Source: a virus
Taxonomy: Duplodnaviria; Caudoviricetes
IMG/VR virus record: IMGVR_UViG_3300011008_000071
Span: 1 to 64,000 of that record
DNA: 64,000 bases
Direction: 5' to 3' (one strand)
Shown here: positions 21,929 to 31,277 of the stretch, in pieces
How the letters are laid out: each line of letters starts with the position of its first letter
Position numbering within the stretch: the stretch's first letter is position 1
The notes under the pieces: model-generated
What the model saw: the letters and a program-made list of their open reading frames with translations, nothing else
Databases searched by the model: none
Told to the model about the DNA's origin: nothing
Made by a program: the position numbers and the translations under genes

Positions 21929-22116
21929 TGAACGCTCAAGATCCGTTTGTATTAACCCATACATCCCGCGGGCTTTGTGTTAAACTACACATCAGGAAAG
22001 TCGCCTTAACGGCAAGCACCCCGCCAATCTCGGCAAGTATATGTGCCGAGGGCACGGGCAGCTTAAATCCTCATTAAGTTTTGAAGAAGATTGCTGAATT
22101 TGATCTTATGCGTTCA
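21929..22116 (-). ncRNA. Structured ncRNA unit A (same scaffold as B and C, with a ~130-nt multi-hairpin insert)
   Basis: TGAACGC-AT-AAGATC-AAATTCAGCAA...GATCTT-GA-GCGTTCA. Confidence 0.6.
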
Positions 22117-22118
22117 AT

Positions 22119-22189
22119 TTCCGCTCTAGAGTCAATCTTGTTCATTTAACAGATGAATGCATAAATTGCGGTTAGACTCTAATACGGAA
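22119..22189 (-). ncRNA. Structured ncRNA unit B with a tRNA-Asn-like anticodon hairpin
   Basis: TTCCGT-AT-TAGAGTC-TAACCGCAA...TTCAT-CTGTTAA-ATGAA...GACTCTA-GA-GCGGAA. Confidence 0.65.
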
Positions 22190-22191
22190 TA

Positions 22192-22263
22192 ATGTACTCA
22201 AGAATCATATCATGCCCAAGGCTATTAACCTAGATTGGATTGCGGTTAGATTCTTATGTACAT
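22192..22263 (-). ncRNA. Structured ncRNA unit C
   Basis: ATGTAC-AT-AAGAATC-TAACCGCAA...GATTCTT-GA-GTACAT. Confidence 0.65.
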
Positions 22264-22428
22264 GGAATGCAATCAGCGTCAGTGTTGCCCAGGGATTTTA
22301 GGGCGATTCGGCGCCATAGCCATATCCCGCAAGATCGGCCCTACGGCGCTATATACTCATGATCAAGGAGTTTCGTGGCAAGACACTTACTTTTACATGG
22401 AAAACCCAAACACACCCTTTTGCATTCA
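22264..22428 (-). ncRNA. Putative structured ncRNA D, first element after the promoter
   Basis: Closing stem GAATGCAA/TTGCATTC, internal stems AGTGT/ACACT and GCGCCGTAG/CTATGGCGC; starts just after TATATATTAT (22434-22443). Confidence 0.45.
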
Positions 22429-22433
22429 CTATT

Positions 22434-22443
22434 ATAATATATA
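22434..22443 (-). promoter_or_regulatory. TATATATTAT promoter-like motif heading the ncRNA array
   Basis: One of at least 11 intergenic copies, each oriented toward a downstream gene or RNA. Confidence 0.65.
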
Positions 22444-22513
22444 TGTGAAAATTTAACTTTTTATTTATTGATTCCACACCCTTATAATTTATCACCTGGA
22501 AGGAGTAATCATT

Positions 22514-23080
22514 ATGAAATTAAATACAGCAATCAAAGAATTCATGGAGAAGTATGATTCGGAAGCAATGGCTTCTATCGATAATATCGCAACTAAGGTT
22601 GGGCCGCTTGTTGCTACTAAGCCACTGGTTGTATTCAATCTTAAAGAATCCTGTGATCAGTTCACCGAATATCTTCGTGGCTACGCTCAGTATATGAAGG
22701 CTAACAAAGATAATCCAAAGCGGACATCCCGCGAAGGAATACATGCTTCCGTAAACAAATTCATGGAAGAGACTTTGTTCAAAGAGTCCAAGATTCAGTA
22801 CAAGGATATTCCGGCATTTGTGAAGTCGTATCTGGAGTCGGTCAAGGCCATGGAAGACGAAGTTACACATCTCAAAGAAGATATGGAACTCAACGATGTC
22901 TCGCTGGAGGAAGTTGGAGATCTTTCGGAATATGCGGATATATTCATTGGAAAGCTCAATGAATCTCTATCACCTATCATGGAAAATATTCTATGGGCAT
23001 CTGGGTATGCCGGTTCTCATGGTTATAAAACACCTCTGCAAACACAACTCGCTTCTGCTCATAAAGTTTCCTTTCTTTAA
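22514..23080 (+). CDS. Hypothetical protein
   Basis: 188-aa ORF with AGGAG RBS. Confidence 0.7.
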   Translation: MKLNTAIKEFMEKYDSEAMASIDNIATKVGPLVATKPLVVFNLKESCDQFTEYLRGYAQYMKANKDNPKRTSREGIHASVNKFMEETLFKESKIQYKDIPAFVKSYLESVKAMEDEVTHLKEDMELNDVSLEEVGDLSEYADIFIGKLNESLSPIMENILWASGYAGSHGYKTPLQTQLASAHKVSFL

Positions 23081-23200
23081 GCGTTATACACACGGGGTGT
23101 TGACCCCGTGTGTATAATGTCCTCCAAAGTCAAATATACCCCTATAAAAATCGGCGGGCGGGATACGGTGTAGTGATGGGCAATGGGACGGGGCGCTATT

Positions 23201-23312
23201 CGGTGGTAACTCGGGTCACGGTGCTCGGGATGGTGCATTCGTTTGCGGCCTGAGTTATGCTGTGTCTGGTTCCGACTGGGATATTGGCGCCCGCCTCTCC
23301 CTGAAACCGACC
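23201..23312 (+). repeat. Remote second DGR variable repeat (VR2) plus shared 3' segment, with no upstream gene
   Basis: 23201-23291 matches the TR over 91 nt with 17 mismatches, all at TR adenines. 23292-23312 is identical to the 21 nt that follow VR1. Confidence 0.92.
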
Positions 23313-23337
23313 TCTCATAAGTTACAGCGAGACCAGA

Positions 23338-23365
23338 ACCAACCCCGGATATGTCCGGGGTTGGT
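23338..23365. terminator. Hairpin downstream of VR2 (terminator and/or DGR homing hairpin)
   Basis: accaaccccgga-tatg-tccggggttggt. Confidence 0.65.
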
Positions 23366-23398
23366 GTTTAGTTAATCATCAAGCTTAGTAGACAACAC

Positions 23399-24145
23399 TC
23401 ACATGAAGCTTACCCAGTCAATAAAGTCAAGGTGATAAGTATCTCTCCACTTCTCCAGAAGTTCTTTCCTATCTGATTCTGCAGATTGCCAGTCTTCTGT
23501 CTTGAGCTTTATTTCACCATATGCAGATGCAATACCATCATACCGTTTAAGATTATTATATAGAAATGCTTTGACATCTAATGTTGCAAGTTCATTAAAT
23601 GAATCATAACATCCATCAGGTATGGTCTCTCCATTGGGTTCATGCTCTGCAGCCACTTTGATATTTACTATTGTCTTTGGCCATCCATACAGTCTGATCT
23701 TATTCTGCCCTAGGTATTCGAATGTGGGTTCCGCTCTCATTTGTCCGGCAGCCATCATATATAACTGGGATGTTGCAACACCCTGCATTGAACGGTTAAT
23801 ACCATATGCCGGGGCAATATCACCAAATGTTCCCCTGTAATTATGTTGGGGCATGGATACACTTACAACACTCATGATTGGTGTAAGTGTAAGTAATGGA
23901 GGGAGAACGTAAATATTCTGCTTGGCATCAAGCTGTTTCATGTCTGCAATATTCACTTCACATTCTCTGGTCCATGGGTAGAACTGGGAGAACTCAGGGA
24001 TGGTTGTAAGACGGATTACATCAAAGATCACGTTCTCTGCAGGAACAAGTGACCCATCATCATGTTTGAATGGCAATGTTATCGTATAAAGACCTAATTG
24101 CATCTTTATGGATGAAATACATTTTGACATATTCATACGTATCAA
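23399..24145 (-). CDS. Putative neck/head-completion protein
   Basis: The C-terminus GEIKLKTEDWQSAESDRKELLE resembles T4 gp13-like neck proteins as I recall them. Confidence 0.45.
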   Translation of the reverse strand: MIRMNMSKCISSIKMQLGLYTITLPFKHDDGSLVPAENVIFDVIRLTTIPEFSQFYPWTRECEVNIADMKQLDAKQNIYVLPPLLTLTPIMSVVSVSMPQHNYRGTFGDIAPAYGINRSMQGVATSQLYMMAAGQMRAEPTFEYLGQNKIRLYGWPKTIVNIKVAAEHEPNGETIPDGCYDSFNELATLDVKAFLYNNLKRYDGIASAYGEIKLKTEDWQSAESDRKELLEKWRDTYHLDFIDWVSFM

Positions 24146-24165
24146 CTCCTAATTTGGATATTAAT

Positions 24166-24726
24166 TCATACGTTTTTGTCGATGTACCACTGGTTCAGTT
24201 GAGCAATCTTGTCATTGATAAGTTGGAATGTATATGTGGAAACTTCAGATGTTGGAATCTCAATATTGAATATAAATGGTGGATATAATGGATCACATAT
24301 CTTATCCACCTCGATATCGATGTCATCTTTAATAATGTACCGGAAACGTTGCACTGATGATGTTACCTGTAACTTGGTAATCCCACCAATGGATGGATCT
24401 CTGGATAATGAGATGGTATCATGCCCTGCTGTTGAGAATAGGTACCGATACCCAACATGATAATTCGTTCTATCCGATTGGAATATGTCCATCTCAATCG
24501 GAAGGAATAATATTTGGTCTATACTCATATCCTTACATAGCTGCTGTGGATTAGTAGGGATGTAGTTTGGAAGTGTACCGTGTAAGATTCGTTTATATGG
24601 TTGACGGGAATTGTTCTCGGTTATGTAAATTCCAACATGATCCATTATATGTTTCATATGATCATCTCCTATACTATTCTTATTAGCACGTCTAAGATGT
24701 ATAAAAGAAAGTAAATCGTTATTCAT
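24166..24726 (-). CDS. Hypothetical protein
   Basis: 186-aa ORF with ATATATTAT motif upstream. Confidence 0.55.
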   Translation of the reverse strand: MNNDLLSFIHLRRANKNSIGDDHMKHIMDHVGIYITENNSRQPYKRILHGTLPNYIPTNPQQLCKDMSIDQILFLPIEMDIFQSDRTNYHVGYRYLFSTAGHDTISLSRDPSIGGITKLQVTSSVQRFRYIIKDDIDIEVDKICDPLYPPFIFNIEIPTSEVSTYTFQLINDKIAQLNQWYIDKNV

Positions 24727-24839
24727 AATATAATCGCATATTAATAATATATGACCAAAAAGGCAATCATATGTGATTGATGAATATAGACATCAGAATT
24801 GTACATCACCGGGATATCCCGGTGATGTACATTCGTCTG

Positions 24840-25397
24840 TTATTGAGGAATGATATATGCTATCGTTGCAAGACGGATATGCATCAATTCGCCGCTGTCC
24901 TGAGATACCACAGTCACATAGCTATTCTGTGGATCTGCAGCATTGAAAATATGTATCGGTGTTGCAACTACAAATGACCTATCCAGATTTATGAACTTGA
25001 CGGAACGGGATTGATGAATATATCGAGTGATTGTATCATACAGTGTCCCTCCTGGATATACCGGTTCAACATCCATGATGTTGTCTACGTCTATATCGAA
25101 CAGATCAGAATCAGGCTTATCTACGAAATATTCAAAGCCATTGACGGTCCGTCTCACATCCATAAGATCGGCAATTAGCCGACGATTACGAACTTCCTTC
25201 GATATTGAAATAAGTCTTAGAGGAAGACGGAAGAAACCATCTGGATATCTAACAGACACCCATGCAAAATCATAATTATTAATCGCATCTATCATCTGAG
25301 CCAATTGATCATGAGATACATATCTACTAGGCGACTCGTATTTATAACCCTGAATCAAAGGCATCAACTTATCAAGATCTACATTTGCCATATACAA
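24840..25397 (-). CDS. Hypothetical protein
   Basis: 185-aa ORF flanked by hairpins. Confidence 0.6.
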   Translation of the reverse strand: MYMANVDLDKLMPLIQGYKYESPSRYVSHDQLAQMIDAINNYDFAWVSVRYPDGFFRLPLRLISISKEVRNRRLIADLMDVRRTVNGFEYFVDKPDSDLFDIDVDNIMDVEPVYPGGTLYDTITRYIHQSRSVKFINLDRSFVVATPIHIFNAADPQNSYVTVVSQDSGELMHIRLATIAYIIPQ

Positions 25398-25454
25398 TAT
25401 CCTTTCAAAAGTAAATAAATCAAGACCCCTCTGATGAGGGGTCTTGTTTGTGTA

Positions 25455-26240
25455 TTAGTCACGAGCAGCAACGTCGTCTCTCTTGAGACGGATCTTCATT
25501 GTGATGTTCGGAACGAAATCAATCTGCTCAACATCACGTTCATCATCGTATGAATAGAACATATCGAACAGACCCATTACGTTCAGAGATACTTCGGAAG
25601 TATCTGTGTCGATCAACTTCTGATACTTATGCTTCATCAGATTTGACAGATTGTCGATGAAGCAGCAGAACAGCGGCAGGATTGCTTCTTCTGTCTGGAG
25701 ATATATGCGGTACTGTTCCTGCAGGACCTTGTACGCATCCGCCTGAATCTCCTTGTAACCTTCAACTGTCTTCTTGATGTTCAGTTCCTTCCAACGCAGA
25801 TAGTTCTTCTGGGTATCGTTCTCCTGAACCGAGGCCGAATCGTTGACGATGTTACGGTTGATGCCGATATACTCCATGATGGGCATGAAGTTTCCGACCT
25901 TCTCATTCTCCGGGTCATCATTATTACAATAACCGATGTTAATTGAGTTGCAAATCTCCATCGTGAAATTGTTGTACGACTTCTGCTTGGAAGCGATGAA
26001 CTTCAGAATCTGCATGAAGGTGACATAGAAGATGACCGCATACAGCTCCGTATGTCCAGACTTGACATACATGGAGAACTGTTCCTGTACGGACTTCGCC
26101 GTCAGATCGCATACGATCTTGATGTCAGATCTGTCGTTCACAACGTTGGTCTCGAACCAACGCATGACTTTAGTCTTTCGGTCTTCCTTCGACGTGGTCA
26201 GTTCGATTTCCTGTTCCTGCTCTTGCTTTTTCTTGGGCAT
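25455..26240 (-). CDS. Hypothetical protein
   Basis: 261 aa with AGGAGG RBS and TATATATTAT motif. Confidence 0.7.
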   Translation of the reverse strand: MPKKKQEQEQEIELTTSKEDRKTKVMRWFETNVVNDRSDIKIVCDLTAKSVQEQFSMYVKSGHTELYAVIFYVTFMQILKFIASKQKSYNNFTMEICNSINIGYCNNDDPENEKVGNFMPIMEYIGINRNIVNDSASVQENDTQKNYLRWKELNIKKTVEGYKEIQADAYKVLQEQYRIYLQTEEAILPLFCCFIDNLSNLMKHKYQKLIDTDTSEVSLNVMGLFDMFYSYDDERDVEQIDFVPNITMKIRLKRDDVAARD

Positions 26241-26284
26241 AATGAACTCCTCCTTTTCGTATTCCCATTAGTATAATATATACG

Positions 26285-29200
26285 TTACGTATCGATCAAA
26301 GTTCTATCGGCTCTGAATGATTCTACTAATGTTTTACGGCCCAACAGATCCTGTTGAGATCCTCCTCTTAACATCTGGAATATTTCCATGTCATTCTGTA
26401 TGTCGTTGATACATACCTTCAGAAGGGATCTGGTGTTCGGATCCATAACTGTAACTTTCATGTCTTCACTATCGTTTTCCCCCAAACCTTTGAAGCGGTG
26501 CTCTATAGCAGGTTGATATTTTGAGAGCACCTTCAATATTTCAAGTAAAGACATTTGATGTTCCGTTGCTGTTTTGTTTGACTTCAGTATCAGATGTTCC
26601 CCGTCTACAGGCAACCACTTCTTCATTATCTGAATCTGAGGAATTGCCTTTCTGATTAGATGATCTGATATTTCAAGCGATTGGGATCTACCGTCGATTG
26701 CTCCTTTGATCAACCCCTGCTTTTCATCATAGTACAATTCAACGAATTCACCGTTTACACGATTCATGAATTCATTAATGTTGAATTGACGGAGCATGGT
26801 CGGAATGTTTTCTACAGCTGCTTCAATGTTCATTCTGGAGAATTCTTCCATGACCATTTCCAAGAGTCGATCGTTTACCTTGTATCTTTTGACAAGCTGA
26901 AGCATATCTCCTGCATAGTAAGCCGTGTCATTAAGAAACTCCTTCCATGCGTTCTTATCCAGATACTCAATCTTCAGAGGATCATTATCCCGCTGGTATC
27001 CCATCTTGTAATCTTTGGATGCTGATTTCATATATCGATTGATATAATCGATATTATTAATCACGAAGGGATCCTTCTTATCATCGACCCTGTACAGAGG
27101 AGGCTCTGCAACATACAGATGTCCTTGTTCTATAATTTCAGGATACAACTTAAAGAAGAATGCCAGTAATAAGGATCTAATAAAATAACCATCTACCATT
27201 TTGGACTATATCATTACAATATTATCTGTTACCAATAATATTGCACCGCCCGTTTTGCTTTCGCTACTCTACTCACTTCTTCATATAGGTCTTTCTCCTA
27301 TACTATGCTTTCGATAGTCTCTGAACATATATCCCTGTGGGATACTTCGCTGCCTATGATTATCTCTGATATCAGACTTTTACTATCCTGCACCCGTTAC
27401 AGTGCATGCTACACAGTACATTGCTGTCTGCTGCAGTGCTGATATCATATGAGAACTTCCGGCAATTAGAGCGGTTTTAAGCGGACATAGATAGTCTATC
27501 CGCATCAGACGCTATGATGATCTTATCATAGTTCAGTTTACTTATATCGAATTTAGATCCTACATTACATCCCATTACTGTGATTAAATCCGTAAACTCC
27601 TTATTGCCCTTTGGACCTACGATTTGGTCAATGTCAACTCTATAGACATTTAATGACAATTTATCTTCACACTGTATCGCAACTACAATGCAGTTCTCTT
27701 ATGAACTTCTCGTACTCTCATACGACTGTATCCGAATTTCACGGATACAGAGACTTATGTCTGTTGAGACTATATCTTTACTATATACATAGCACTTACC
27801 ACTTCCGCTTTAGATATAGGGCATTCCACTCCCTATATGATCCCATTTGCTTGGACCGTACTCTACTGACACTACCTATGGTATTTCTCCAATATTAGTG
27901 CTGGTCGATAGTCGTTGAAGTTTTAGTTCGTTCATGGTTTGTATATACTATTGCCTTGATTCTCTCCATTATTATCAACAATACCCGTACGCCACGCATG
28001 CTCTGAGTTTTCTTTAGCAGTAACCCACTCCAAATTCCCAACCCAGTTATTTTTTCTATTGCCATCAATATGATTCACCTGTGGTTTATTTTCTGGATTA
28101 GGGATAAATGCTTGAGCCACTAAACGGTGAACTGTCATCATATTCGGAAATCCCTGTAAATATACGCATGGATACGATTTCTCATGGCAATATATTTTTA
28201 ATTCATTCCTGTTTGAATTCCTCACCGTGCCTATATTACTAACCTCATACTCAGTATGGATATTATCAACAACTATCTGTTTCCAGACCGGATGGTCGAA
28301 ATCGTAAGATCTTAACAGATCTTTGGTTACCAATTCTTCGATTAGCTTATCTTCAACAGTCTTCTTACTCATTTTATCACCTCCTTCTTTATAGAATAAC
28401 ATTGTTTCCATGATCGAACTAATTACCTGCGGATTATCCCTATACACGGGGCTTTTACAACCCTGCACCCATTACAGTGCATGCTACATACAATGTCACC
28501 ACTGTACTGCTGTGCCCGTGTCCTGACAGGAACTCCCCGTCAATTAGATAAGTTTTACGGCGCCTCAATGTGTTAAACGCCGCGTATGGCAAAGAGGGCT
28601 TGGAATTTCGGATCTCTGGATGTTTTCAGCGAACCTTTTGCTGACAATTACCTTCAGGCAATTACGCTACCAATTGCCCCGTGCGCCTAAGCACTGCTCC
28701 ATATCTCTATGGACGGTATCCGAGTTTCACGGATACAGGTGTTTCTCCTTCAGTGTACATCTGACGCTTGAAACACGTTGAGACTATATCTTTATTTAGT
28801 TAGGCCCAGTCACTCTAGGCTTCTTCCTAAACACCTACCATTTCGGAACGCTTGTTCCTACTCTACTTGCTTCTTCACATAAACCTTGTCTACGGTTAAA
28901 TGTTATGCTTTCGATAGTCGTTGAACGTTTGACTGTACTAAACGCGTATTGGACAGTCACTTCGCTGCTGGTTGACTTTAATTCCGGATTATCACTATAC
29001 TCTTCACATATCCACCTCATATGAAACCGTGCTAGTGAATATGATTTTAGACCATACATCCATCACTGGATATACTTAGTACCGGGAATACTTAACGAGT
29101 TATTCCAGCAATTAAATAGGTTAGGTGACACAGCTAATGGTCGATCACCTTCGATTATGAATAGTTCTTTATATTCTTTTCCCTTATTCGTACAGGGATC

Positions 29201-30484
29201 GAAGTTCTTCATGGTGTATGAACTCCAACTGGTCATTGAGTTCTTAACAACTGCTGAACGAACCTTCTCTCCTTCTCTTCTTACACGGGCATTTGTTTTA
29301 ACGATCTGAACCAGATCTCGTGTAACAGATTGATTCTTGGACAGGAATATCTGTAACTGATCTACCAGCAATGGAACAATGATTCGTTTCAGTTCCGGAG
29401 ACACGATCTTGTGCTTTGTCTGTCCGGTATACAACCTCTCGTAGTTCGTACGCAGAGATACGGCAACAGACAGTCCTGTTTTGACATCATCCCATTTGAT
29501 ATCCAACTTCTCCTTCTCTTTATCAGACATGGAGTTCTTAGTTACAGTTTGGAGAACTCTACAGATCGCTTCAATTGCTCCATCAAGATGGTCGCCGTTA
29601 TCAACGGTATTGTTTGAATTGGAGAATGAGTCGATATATGGATTCAGATCCGTCGTATACAGGAATGCAACATCCATAGATATGAATCGCTTTACATTCT
29701 CCCCGTCCAATTCCTCAACTACATCATCCGAATCGATCGTTATTTTATACTTCTGGGAAATGACTTTCTCCGGATTATTCCTGGTGAGAATATCTTCGAA
29801 AGGAGATGCCTTATATTTGACATGAGTTGCTTCTCCTTTGATGTTGTAATAGATCGAATCAATCTTGATCTTCTTCTGGTTCAGATATTGAAGATTCTGG
29901 AGTTTCTTTTCAATGTCCGGCCATATGATACGGGTATCCTTTCCCATTATCTTTGATGGCTTATACACAACAGTCAGTCCATGTTTGTCCGGGGAGCATT
30001 TCCTATCGGATTCGGAAACCTTTTTACCTTCGTGGAAGATTAATTCCTTAACCTTGTTTTCTGTCCCGCCACGATAGGAGATGATGTGTACTTCCTCCGC
30101 TAATGCACATAAAGCGAGAGAGCCGACCCCATTCTGCCCCAGTGTCTCGGCCTTCAACTTAGCTTTGTTAGAAGTATTAATATTGGAACCCATATTCAGT
30201 GATGTGAAGATTTCTTCCAGGAGGTTTGTCGGAATACCACGGCCGTTATCAGTCACGGTAATAAACCCAGACCGTTCATCAAATTCAATGTGGATTGCGT
30301 TACCTGGAGATCGTGGTGTTCGACATTCGTCCAACGCATTCGCGATCGCCTCGTCTACACAAGCCTCGGCGCCCTTTGATCCCCCAAAACTGATGTATTG
30401 CCTAAACCTTCCGCGCATCTTGTCAACGTCAGACTCAAGCTTGTCGAACTTGTCATCTTCATACATTACACCATTTTTTGGCAT
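26285..30484 (-). CDS. gyrB: Type II topoisomerase GyrB/ParE-like subunit; four exons 30484-29144, 28644-28576, 27656-27498 and 27196-26285 (~826 aa)
   Basis: GHKL motifs E..ANALDE, DNGRGIP and GQNGVG, plus GQTK. Spliced TOPRIM motifs IEGD|SAKG, IRGV|SLNV and DAD|VDG. C-terminal RFKGLGE. All junctions are in frame. Confidence 0.9.
27197..27497 (-). mobile_element. Group I intron 3 of gyrB (compact, no ORF)
   Basis: P1 GCGGAU/GUCCGC; cagagactat...gatatagtc; terminal G before GTA GAT GGT. Confidence 0.85.
27657..28575 (-). mobile_element. Group I intron 2 of gyrB, with HNH ORF
   Basis: P1 GCGGCGUU/GGCGCCGU; caacgactat...aagatatagtc; terminal G at 27657. Confidence 0.85.
27932..28372 (-). CDS. 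Intron-encoded HNH endonuclease, apparently truncated at the C-terminus
   Basis: VHRLVAQAFIPNPENKPQVNHIDGNRKNN; only 146 aa; AGGAGG RBS. Confidence 0.85.
   Translation of the reverse strand: MSKKTVEDKLIEELVTKDLLRSYDFDHPVWKQIVVDNIHTEYEVSNIGTVRNSNRNELKIYCHEKSYPCVYLQGFPNMMTVHRLVAQAFIPNPENKPQVNHIDGNRKNNWVGNLEWVTAKENSEHAWRTGIVDNNGENQGNSIYKP
28645..29143 (-). mobile_element. Group I intron 1 of gyrB (no ORF)
   Basis: P1 AGGUGAU/GUCACCU; aattgctggaa, caacgactat and aagatatagtc; terminal G at 28645. Confidence 0.85.
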
Positions 30485-30633
30485 ATGTTATCACGCTTCT
30501 TTCTTATAAAATACTCTGAGTATCTACTCAAGGTTCATTATTAGAATATATACTTGAATACATAATATGTTGTAAGCTATAAATACAAAGTAAAATAGCA
30601 GAGGGGATATCTCCCCTCTGTATAAATCACTCA

Positions 30634-31266
30634 TCATCCTTTGGAGGCTGTGTATGGAAGATTTTTGTATGCGAAGCTCGACAGTGATTTCAGGCATTGA
30701 ACTTTTCCACCGAACATCTTATTCCGTTGATAATCATCTGATGAGTTAATGCTGAACTGTAGACCGGCTCTTCCGTTCATCTTGTACTTCTTATAGTATG
30801 CCCATCTGATCAGAAACTTCTCGGACTGCTCCGATTCCGTAACAGGGAATATTGTTGATATTAATGGGAAAATCTCTCTTGTGGAGATATGGTATCTGAT
30901 GATACTTTCCATGTACTCTTCAACGAATGGAAAGATATCGTTGTTCAATGTTGGCTCACCACATCGAGCAAAATATACCTTTACCCTATCAACTTTTGTA
31001 ATACCAATATCATCCGATACAAATCGGCACAACGAATTCAGATTTGATCTAAACCCTATCAATGGGACATTTCCTTTTGCACCATTTCGCCAGCATTCAC
31101 AGAACGAACAGTTCATAGAGCATCCCTGTTCCGTCGATAAGTTAATAATCAACTTTTCTCCGTAATTATATACCTTGCAGAGATAATCAACGTTGTGTTT
31201 GTTATCAACATATATCACCCCATCTGGAATTAATTGAGCCCTACCCTGTGTCCACCATCCTCGCAT
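30634..31266 (-). CDS. Radical SAM protein (RlmN/Cfr-like), probably truncated
   Basis: STEQGCSMNCSFC, GEPTLN and LQFSINS; 210 aa and lacks the RlmN-type C-terminal region. Confidence 0.7.
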   Translation of the reverse strand: MRGWWTQGRAQLIPDGVIYVDNKHNVDYLCKVYNYGEKLIINLSTEQGCSMNCSFCECWRNGAKGNVPLIGFRSNLNSLCRFVSDDIGITKVDRVKVYFARCGEPTLNNDIFPFVEEYMESIIRYHISTREIFPLISTIFPVTESEQSEKFLIRWAYYKKYKMNGRAGLQFSINSSDDYQRNKMFGGKVQCLKSLSSFAYKNLPYTASKG

Positions 31267-31277
31267 GTTGTAACCTC

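Noticed and set aside
21929-22263. CRISPR array or tRNA cluster
   Set aside because: The repeats conserve structure, not sequence; there are no cas genes; the units lack T/D arms and CCA.
22300-22390. Hammerhead ribozyme in RNA D (GAAA-CUC..GAG-UA on the minus strand)
   Set aside because: No CUGANGA core at the required position.
22256-22456. 66-aa plus-strand ORF
   Set aside because: No RBS; it overlaps the structured RNA region and a promoter motif on the opposite strand.
28835-29059. 74-aa ORF inside gyrB intron 1
   Set aside because: It overlaps the conserved ribozyme core and has no endonuclease motifs.
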